From: TPA_inf: Saccharomyces
Taxonomy: Eukaryota
Direction: 5' to 3'
DNA length: 64,000 bases
NCBI GenBank assembly: GCA_000146045.2
Contig: BK006937.2
Span: 224,001-288,000, forward strand
Both the position numbers and the translations under genes were made by a program. The stretch's first letter is position 1. The number at the start of each line of letters is the position of its first letter. Shown here in pieces: positions 56,117 to 64,000 of the stretch. Under the pieces are notes generated by a model, which was not told the DNA's origin, ran no database searches, and saw only the letters and a program-made list of their open reading frames with translations.

Positions 56117-59100
56117 ATGCTATCGGCCACATACCGTGATTTGAACACAGCATCTAATTTAGAAACATCAAAGGAAAAACAGGCCGCTCAAATCGTCATT
56201 GCACAAATTAGTTTATTATTCACGACTCTTAACAACGACAATTTTGAATCCGTGGAAAGAGAAATTAGACATATTTTAGACAGGTCGTCCGTAGATATTT
56301 ACATAAAAGTTTGGGAACGATTATTAACCTTAAGTTCTCGGGATATTTTACAAGCGGGAAAATTTTTACTTCAAGAAAATCTACTACACAGACTACTATT
56401 AGAATTTGCGAAGGATTTACCGAAGAAAAGCACAGACCTTATTGAGCTTTTGAAAGAACGAACCTTCAATAACCAGGAGTTTCAAAAACAAACAGGAATT
56501 ACATTATCACTTTTCATTGATCTATTTGATAAATCTGCAAACAAGGACATTATAGAGTCACTTGACCGCTCCTCTCAGATTAACGATTTCAAGACAATTA
56601 AGATGAATCATACAAATTATTTAAGGAATTTTTTTCTTCAAACCACACCAGAAACACTAGAGTCCAATCTACGCGACTTATTGCATTCCTTGGAAGGTGA
56701 AAGTCTAAATGACTTATTAGCTCTTTTACTGTCCGAAATACTTTCACCTGGGTCTCAGAATTTACAAAATGATCCCACACGGAGTTGGTTGACACCTCCG
56801 ATGGTTTTAGACGCAACGAACCGTGGGAACGTTATAGCAAGATCTATAAGTTCTCTGCAAGCCAACCAGATAAATTGGAATCGTGTGTTTAATTTAATGT
56901 CAACAAAGTATTTCTTGAGCGCACCATTGATGCCTACTACAGCATCTTTGAGTTGCTTATTTGCAGCATTGCACGATGGTCCAGTTATTGATGAATTTTT
57001 CAGTTGCGACTGGAAAGTTATTTTCAAACTAGATTTGGCCATTCAACTTCATAAGTGGTCGGTACAGAATGGTTGCTTTGACTTATTAAATGCAGAAGGT
57101 ACCAGGAAAGTTTCTGAAACCATCCCAAACACAAAGCAATCTTTACTCTACTTATTATCCATTGCATCATTGAATTTAGAATTGTTCCTACAAAGGGAGG
57201 AATTGTCTGATGGTCCTATGCTAGCTTATTTTCAAGAGTGCTTCTTTGAAGATTTCAACTACGCCCCTGAATATCTTATTTTAGCATTAGTCAAAGAAAT
57301 GAAGCGGTTCGTTTTATTGATAGAAAACAGGACAGTCATAGACGAAATACTTATTACCTTATTGATTCAAGTGCATAATAAATCACCGTCATCGTTCAAG
57401 GACGTTATTTCTACAATAACCGATGATTCTAAAATCGTAGATGCAGCAAAAATCATAATCAACTCGGATGACGCACCTATTGCCAACTTTTTAAAATCGT
57501 TGTTAGATACGGGAAGATTAGATACGGTCATTAATAAACTTCCTTTCAATGAAGCTTTTAAAATTTTGCCATGCGCAAGACAAATTGGTTGGGAGGGGTT
57601 CGATACTTTCTTAAAAACAAAAGTTTCTCCATCTAATGTCGATGTAGTGCTGGAATCACTAGAGGTTCAAACGAAAATGACTGATACAAACACTCCATTT
57701 AGGTCATTAAAGACATTTGACTTATTCGCTTTTCATTCATTAATTGAAGTACTGAACAAATGCCCACTAGATGTTCTCCAATTACAAAGGTTTGAATCCT
57801 TGGAATTTTCCTTATTAATTGCATTTCCTAGATTGATCAATTTTGGTTTTGGACACGATGAAGCTATTTTAGCCAATGGTGACATCGCAGGGATTAATAA
57901 TGATATTGAAAAGGAGATGCAGAACTATTTACAGAAAATGTATAGTGGTGAGTTAGCCATTAAAGATGTAATCGAACTTCTGAGAAGGTTAAGAGATAGC
58001 GACTTGCCAAGGGACCAGGAAGTCTTCACATGTATTACCCATGCCGTTATAGCAGAATCGACATTCTTCCAAGATTATCCATTGGATGCATTGGCTACTA
58101 CATCTGTTCTTTTTGGATCCATGATTCTCTTTCAACTGTTACGTGGATTCGTATTAGACGTCGCATTTAGGATAATCATGAGGTTTGCCAAGGAGCCTCC
58201 AGAGTCCAAGATGTTTAAGTTTGCTGTACAAGCTATTTATGCATTTAGGATACGTTTGGCCGAATATCCACAGTATTGTAAGGACCTCTTGAGAGATGTT
58301 CCGGCTTTGAAGTCTCAGGCTCAAGTTTACCAATCTATCGTCGAAGCTGCTACCCTAGCAAATGCTCCAAAGGAAAGGTCAAGACCCGTCCAGGAAATGA
58401 TCCCATTAAAATTTTTTGCTGTAGATGAAGTTTCATGTCAGATCAATCAAGAAGGTGCTCCTAAAGATGTCGTAGAAAAAGTTCTTTTTGTTCTCAACAA
58501 CGTTACTCTGGCTAACTTGAATAATAAGGTTGATGAATTGAAAAAAAGTTTGACACCAAATTATTTTTCTTGGTTTTCCACATATTTAGTTACGCAAAGG
58601 GCTAAAACAGAACCTAACTATCATGATCTTTATAGCAAGGTTATAGTTGCTATGGGGTCAGGGTTGCTACATCAGTTCATGGTCAACGTTACTTTGAGAC
58701 AATTATTTGTCCTACTATCTACAAAAGACGAGCAAGCCATCGATAAAAAGCACCTAAAGAATTTGGCTTCATGGTTAGGATGTATCACATTAGCTTTGAA
58801 TAAACCAATTAAACACAAGAATATCGCATTCAGGGAAATGTTAATCGAAGCTTATAAGGAAAATAGACTTGAAATAGTTGTGCCTTTTGTAACAAAGATT
58901 TTACAAAGGGCTTCTGAATCAAAAATTTTCAAGCCTCCAAATCCCTGGACTGTTGGCATATTAAAGCTGTTGATTGAGTTGAACGAAAAAGCAAACTGGA
59001 AATTAAGTTTGACTTTCGAAGTTGAGGTTTTATTAAAATCTTTTAATTTGACCACCAAATCTCTCAAGCCCTCGAATTTCATCAATACTCCGGAAGTTAT

Positions 59101-62100
59101 AGAAACTTTATCCGGTGCTTTGGGATCAATCACTCTGGAGCAACAACAAACAGAGCAACAAAGGCAAATTATACTAATGCAACAACACCAGCAACAGATG
59201 CTAATATATCAACAGAGACAACAACAACAACAACAAAGGCAACAACAACAACAACATCATATTAGTGCAAATACAATCGCAGACCAACAAGCGGCATTTG
59301 GCGGCGAGGGTTCAATTTCACACGACAATCCTTTTAACAACTTACTTGGTTCTACTATTTTTGTAACCCACCCTGACTTGAAGAGGGTATTTCAAATGGC
59401 TTTAGCCAAGTCAGTTCGCGAAATTTTGTTGGAAGTAGTCGAAAAGTCATCAGGAATTGCTGTTGTTACGACGACAAAAATAATACTTAAAGACTTTGCC
59501 ACTGAAGTTGATGAGTCTAAGTTGAAGACGGCTGCAATCATTATGGTAAGGCATTTGGCACAAAGTTTAGCTCGAGCTACTTCAATTGAACCATTGAAAG
59601 AAGGCATACGTTCTACTATGCAATCACTAGCACCGAATTTAATGTCTCTTTCTTCTTCACCTGCAGAGGAGCTTGACACGGCAATAAATGAAAATATTGG
59701 CATTGCTCTAGTTTTGATTGAGAAAGCATCTATGGACAAGTCTACTCAAGATTTAGCAGACCAATTGATGCAAGCGATTGCTATTCGTCGTTATCACAAG
59801 GAAAGAAGGGCAGACCAACCATTTATTACGCAAAATACCAATCCATATTCACTGTCTTTACCAGAACCTCTTGGTTTGAAAAACACTGGTGTTACTCCTC
59901 AACAATTCAGGGTATACGAAGAATTTGGTAAGAATATTCCAAACTTGGATGTTATTCCGTTTGCAGGATTGCCCGCTCACGCTCCACCGATGACTCAAAA
60001 TGTGGGTTTAACTCAGCCTCAGCAACAACAAGCGCAAATGCCTACCCAAATCCTAACCTCCGAACAAATAAGAGCTCAACAACAACAGCAGCAATTACAG
60101 AAAAGCCGTTTGAATCAGCCATCCCAGTCGGCTCAACCTCCAGGAGTGAATGTCCCAAATCCTCAAGGTGGGATTGCTGCAGTTCAATCAGATTTGGAAC
60201 AGAATCAACGTGTTCTCGTTCACCTCATGGACATTTTAGTTTCTCAAATTAAAGAAAATGCTACGAAGAATAACTTAGCTGAATTAGGCGATCAAAACCA
60301 AATTAAAACCATCATTTTTCAAATTTTGACATTCATTGCAAAAAGCGCACAAAAGGATCAATTAGCTTTAAAGGTATCCCAAGCTGTCGTTAATAGCCTT
60401 TTTGCCACTAGTGAGAGTCCTCTCTGCAGAGAAGTTTTGTCCCTACTTTTGGAAAAGTTATGTTCTTTATCCCTCGTTGCTAGAAAAGACGTTGTCTGGT
60501 GGTTAGTTTATGCCTTGGACAGTAGGAAATTCAATGTTCCCGTTATCAGATCCCTTCTAGAAGTTAATTTAATTGATGCTACAGAATTAGATAACGTTTT
60601 AGTTACTGCAATGAAAAATAAAATGGAGAACTCAACTGAATTTGCTATGAAATTAATTCAGAATACTGTCTTGTCTGATGATCCAATTTTGATGAGAATG
60701 GACTTCATTAAAACCTTAGAACACTTGGCCTCTTCGGAAGATGAAAATGTAAAGAAATTCATCAAAGAGTTCGAAGATACTAAGATAATGCCAGTGAGGA
60801 AAGGTACCAAAACCACAAGAACAGAAAAGCTTTACTTAGTATTTACGGAATGGGTAAAATTACTTCAAAGAGTTGAGAATAACGACGTAATCACAACTGT
60901 TTTTATCAAGCAATTAGTCGAAAAGGGTGTTATCAGCGATACTGATAATTTACTTACATTTGTCAAAAGTTCTCTTGAGCTATCAGTTTCTTCATTCAAA
61001 GAAAGTGACCCGACTGATGAGGTTTTCATCGCTATTGATGCTCTAGGATCGCTAATTATAAAATTGTTGATTTTACAGGGTTTCAAAGATGATACAAGAA
61101 GAGATTACATAAATGCAATATTTTCTGTGATCGTTTTAGTGTTTGCTAAGGATCATAGCCAAGAGGGTACCACATTCAATGAACGACCATATTTCAGACT
61201 ATTTTCTAACATCTTATACGAATGGGCTACCATCAGGACGCACAATTTTGTTAGAATATCTGATTCCAGCACTAGGCAGGAGCTGATCGAATTTGATTCT
61301 GTATTTTACAACACTTTCTCAGGATATTTGCACGCTCTGCAACCATTTGCCTTCCCTGGATTCTCATTTGCATGGGTGACACTATTATCACACAGAATGT
61401 TATTACCAATTATGCTAAGATTACCCAATAAAATAGGTTGGGAAAAGTTAATGCTTTTGATTATCGATTTGTTTAAATTTTTGGACCAATACACAAGTAA
61501 ACATGCAGTCTCTGACGCTGTTTCGGTTGTTTATAAGGGAACACTGCGTGTTATTTTAGGCATTTCGAATGATATGCCATCCTTTTTGATTGAAAATCAC
61601 TATGAATTAATGAACAATCTACCTCCAACATATTTCCAACTAAAGAATGTTATTTTATCTGCTATTCCTAAGAATATGACCGTTCCCAACCCATATGACG
61701 TGGATCTTAATATGGAGGATATTCCAGCATGTAAAGAACTACCTGAAGTCTTCTTTGATCCTGTAATTGATTTACACTCATTGAAAAAGCCAGTTGACAA
61801 CTACCTACGTATTCCCTCAAATTCATTATTAAGAACAATACTAAGCGCTATTTACAAGGATACCTATGACATAAAAAAGGGCGTAGGCTACGACTTTTTA
61901 TCTGTTGATAGTAAATTAATTCGCGCTATTGTATTACATGTGGGCATTGAAGCTGGAATAGAGTATAAGAGAACTTCTTCAAATGCGGTATTTAATACGA
62001 AGTCTTCTTATTATACTTTATTGTTCAATCTGATTCAAAATGGTAGCATCGAAATGAAATATCAAATTATTCTGTCTATTGTGGAACAATTGCGGTATCC

Positions 62101-62443
62101 AAACATCCACACCTATTGGTTCAGCTTTGTGTTAATGAATATGTTCAAAAGTGACGAATGGAATGATCAAAAACTTGAAGTCCAAGAAATTATTTTAAGA
62201 AACTTTTTAAAAAGAATTATTGTTAACAAACCACATACCTGGGGTGTTTCAGTTTTCTTTACTCAGTTGATAAACAATAACGATATTAATCTTTTAGACC
62301 TGCCCTTTGTACAAAGTGTTCCCGAAATTAAACTAATTTTACAACAATTAGTAAAATATTCCAAAAAATACACAACCAGTGAACAAGATGACCAATCCGC
62401 CACCATCAATAGAAGGCAAACCCCTCTACAATCCAACGCATAA
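56117..62443 (+). CDS. CDC39: CDC39/NOT1 (YCR093W), scaffold of the CCR4-NOT deadenylase complex, 2108 aa
   Basis: 2108-aa ORF with an internal polyQ ([40 protein letters not shown]) and a conserved C-terminal NOT1 superfamily-homology domain (...FAFPGFSFAWVTLLSHRMLLP...). Confidence 0.97.
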   Translation: MLSATYRDLNTASNLETSKEKQAAQIVIAQISLLFTTLNNDNFESVEREIRHILDRSSVDIYIKVWERLLTLSSRDILQAGKFLLQENLLHRLLLEFAKDLPKKSTDLIELLKERTFNNQEFQKQTGITLSLFIDLFDKSANKDIIESLDRSSQINDFKTIKMNHTNYLRNFFLQTTPETLESNLRDLLHSLEGESLNDLLALLLSEILSPGSQNLQNDPTRSWLTPPMVLDATNRGNVIARSISSLQANQINWNRVFNLMSTKYFLSAPLMPTTASLSCLFAALHDGPVIDEFFSCDWKVIFKLDLAIQLHKWSVQNGCFDLLNAEGTRKVSETIPNTKQSLLYLLSIASLNLELFLQREELSDGPMLAYFQECFFEDFNYAPEYLILALVKEMKRFVLLIENRTVIDEILITLLIQVHNKSPSSFKDVISTITDDSKIVDAAKIIINSDDAPIANFLKSLLDTGRLDTVINKLPFNEAFKILPCARQIGWEGFDTFLKTKVSPSNVDVVLESLEVQTKMTDTNTPFRSLKTFDLFAFHSLIEVLNKCPLDVLQLQRFESLEFSLLIAFPRLINFGFGHDEAILANGDIAGINNDIEKEMQNYLQKMYSGELAIKDVIELLRRLRDSDLPRDQEVFTCITHAVIAESTFFQDYPLDALATTSVLFGSMILFQLLRGFVLDVAFRIIMRFAKEPPESKMFKFAVQAIYAFRIRLAEYPQYCKDLLRDVPALKSQAQVYQSIVEAATLANAPKERSRPVQEMIPLKFFAVDEVSCQINQEGAPKDVVEKVLFVLNNVTLANLNNKVDELKKSLTPNYFSWFSTYLVTQRAKTEPNYHDLYSKVIVAMGSGLLHQFMVNVTLRQLFVLLSTKDEQAIDKKHLKNLASWLGCITLALNKPIKHKNIAFREMLIEAYKENRLEIVVPFVTKILQRASESKIFKPPNPWTVGILKLLIELNEKANWKLSLTFEVEVLLKSFNLTTKSLKPSNFINTPEVIETLSGALGSITLEQQQTEQQRQIILMQQHQQQMLIYQQRQQQQQQRQQQQQHHISANTIADQQAAFGGEGSISHDNPFNNLLGSTIFVTHPDLKRVFQMALAKSVREILLEVVEKSSGIAVVTTTKIILKDFATEVDESKLKTAAIIMVRHLAQSLARATSIEPLKEGIRSTMQSLAPNLMSLSSSPAEELDTAINENIGIALVLIEKASMDKSTQDLADQLMQAIAIRRYHKERRADQPFITQNTNPYSLSLPEPLGLKNTGVTPQQFRVYEEFGKNIPNLDVIPFAGLPAHAPPMTQNVGLTQPQQQQAQMPTQILTSEQIRAQQQQQQLQKSRLNQPSQSAQPPGVNVPNPQGGIAAVQSDLEQNQRVLVHLMDILVSQIKENATKNNLAELGDQNQIKTIIFQILTFIAKSAQKDQLALKVSQAVVNSLFATSESPLCREVLSLLLEKLCSLSLVARKDVVWWLVYALDSRKFNVPVIRSLLEVNLIDATELDNVLVTAMKNKMENSTEFAMKLIQNTVLSDDPILMRMDFIKTLEHLASSEDENVKKFIKEFEDTKIMPVRKGTKTTRTEKLYLVFTEWVKLLQRVENNDVITTVFIKQLVEKGVISDTDNLLTFVKSSLELSVSSFKESDPTDEVFIAIDALGSLIIKLLILQGFKDDTRRDYINAIFSVIVLVFAKDHSQEGTTFNERPYFRLFSNILYEWATIRTHNFVRISDSSTRQELIEFDSVFYNTFSGYLHALQPFAFPGFSFAWVTLLSHRMLLPIMLRLPNKIGWEKLMLLIIDLFKFLDQYTSKHAVSDAVSVVYKGTLRVILGISNDMPSFLIENHYELMNNLPPTYFQLKNVILSAIPKNMTVPNPYDVDLNMEDIPACKELPEVFFDPVIDLHSLKKPVDNYLRIPSNSLLRTILSAIYKDTYDIKKGVGYDFLSVDSKLIRAIVLHVGIEAGIEYKRTSSNAVFNTKSSYYTLLFNLIQNGSIEMKYQIILSIVEQLRYPNIHTYWFSFVLMNMFKSDEWNDQKLEVQEIILRNFLKRIIVNKPHTWGVSVFFTQLINNNDINLLDLPFVQSVPEIKLILQQLVKYSKKYTTSEQDDQSATINRRQTPLQSNA

Positions 62444-62761
62444 AAAAACTGCATTTATTTATATACGAAAATCATGATTTCAGAAAAAAAAATATAACTT
62501 GTATAATACTATATTTCAGAGAATACTATTTTGAATAAGAATAGAAGCAATTTCGATTAACTTTTCTTACTGTATATGGGTCGCTTTCACTTTTGAACTA
62601 CTGAAAATTAGTGTTACCCGTATTATTGTTTTGGAGAATAATAATAATAATGAGCATCAATTTATATCAAACAAGAGCTGCAATTACCTTATGTCCATGA
62701 CGCACTGCGAACAAAGAATAATTGAGTAATCGAACTTGAAGTTCTATAGAACAGCTTGTAT

Positions 62762-63937
62762 ATGGTTTCATTGTTCAAAAGAGGTAAGGCTCCACCGCTC
62801 ACGAAAGAAGGCCCCACTTCTAAAAAGCCTCCTAACACAGCGTTTAGACAACAAAGGCTTAAGGCATGGCAACCAATACTGTCTCCTCAAAGTGTGCTTC
62901 CGTTGTTAATATTCGTTGCATGTATATTTACTCCTATTGGTATTGGACTCATTGTAAGCGCTACTAAGGTACAAGATCTAACAATTGATTATAGTCATTG
63001 TGATACAAAAGCATCTACAACTGCTTTTGAAGATATACCAAAGAAGTACATTAAATATCACTTTAAAAGTAAAGTTGAAAATAAACCACAATGGAGGCTA
63101 ACCGAAAATGAAAATGGCGAACAATCATGCGAACTGCAGTTCGAAATCCCAAACGATATCAAGAAATCCATTTTTATATATTATAAAATAACCAATTTTT
63201 ATCAAAATCATCGCAGATATGTCCAATCGTTTGACACAAAGCAAATATTAGGGGAGCCTATCAAAAAAGATGATCTGGATACAAGCTGTAGTCCAATAAG
63301 AAGTAGGGAAGACAAAATAATATATCCCTGTGGGTTGATCGCTAATTCCATGTTTAATGATACATTTTCTCAGGTGTTGAGTGGTATAGATGACACAGAA
63401 GACTATAATTTAACTAACAAGCATATATCATGGAGTATTGATCGTCACAGATTTAAAACCACCAAGTATAATGCTAGCGATATTGTTCCACCGCCAAACT
63501 GGATGAAGAAGTATCCCGATGGGTATACAGATGAAAATCTTCCTGATATCCATACTTGGGAAGAGTTCCAGGTATGGATGAGGACTGCAGCCTTTCCCAA
63601 GTTTTACAAGTTGACGTTGAAAAATGAATCTGCTTCTTTACCGAAGGGTAAATATCAAATGAACATTGAGTTGAATTATCCGATTTCACTCTTTGGTGGC
63701 ACAAAATCATTTGTACTGACTACAAATGGAGCTATTGGTGGTAGAAATATGTCACTAGGCGTACTGTACCTCATCGTTGCAGGGCTTTGCGCCTTATTTG
63801 GCATCATTTTTTTGGTTAAATTAATCTTCCAACCAAGAGCGATGGGTGATCACACTTATTTGAATTTTGATGATGAAGAAAACGAGGATTATGAGGATGT
63901 ACACGCAGAGAATACAACATTGAGGGAAATTTTATAG
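62762..63937 (+). CDS. CDC50: CDC50 (YCR094W), Drs2 flippase beta-subunit of the LEM3/CDC50 family, 391 aa
   Basis: N-terminal TM segment, a large exoplasmic domain with the conserved [15 protein letters not shown] start motif, and a C-terminal TM segment ([21 protein letters not shown]). Confidence 0.9.
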
Positions 63938-64000
63938 AGGCCAAAAAACAAACTTTAGTGCCTGTAGGTATTTGTGTTTATAAGTAAACAAGTTTTGTTG

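Overview
This window is nuclear DNA from Saccharomyces cerevisiae, the right arm of chromosome III. It runs from the 5' end of YIH1 (YCR059C) through TAH1, the SUP61 tRNA-Ser(CGA) gene, BUD31, HCM1, RAD18, SED4, ATG15, CPR4, IMG2, RSA4, SSK22, SOL2, ERS1, EGO2, FUB1, PAT1, PTC6, SRB8, AHC2, TRX3, TUP1, CSM1, YCR087C-A, ABP1, FIG2, YCR090C, KIN82, MSH3 and CDC39/NOT1 to CDC50 (YCR094W). I identified these by reading the ORF translations and recognising the proteins: the TUP1 WD40/polyQ protein, the ABP1 ADF-H plus SH3 protein, the HCM1 forkhead domain, the RAD18 RING finger, the ATG15 lipase motif GHSLG, the TRX3 WCGPC motif, the MSH3 MutS ATPase, the NOT1 size and polyQ, the FIG2 WCPL/CX4C repeats, and the KIN82 and SSK22 kinase domains. 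I did not run any database search. My recollection of the reference coordinates for the SUP61 tRNA and several ORFs implies a constant offset of about 224,000 (window position x = chrIII 224,000 + x). Treat that offset as an inference. Coding density, intron-free ORFs, AT-rich intergenic regions with poly(dA:dT) tracts and a Pol III tRNA with a 19-nt intron all fit yeast. I find no CRISPR array, no prokaryotic operon structure and no Ty/LTR element. I see no evidence of a previously undescribed system, because every long ORF corresponds to a protein I recognise. The second-look items are: a 327-bp near-perfect tandem duplication inside FIG2; minisatellites and trinucleotide repeats inside coding regions (SED4, TUP1, NOT1, YCR061W, YCR087C-A); a CGCG (MCB/SCB-like) cluster upstream of HCM1; an ARS consensus match where I recall ARS315 lying; a 1.5-kb ORF-free, AT-rich region between YCR090C and KIN82; a 41-bp convergent gap between CSM1 and YCR087C-A; the PIP-box N-terminus and alternative start of MSH3; and a run of whole-genome-duplication paralogues (SED4, SSK22, SOL2, KIN82) in conserved order. 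CDS start codons were chosen by protein-length recall and Kozak-like context and may be off by one upstream ATG in a few cases.
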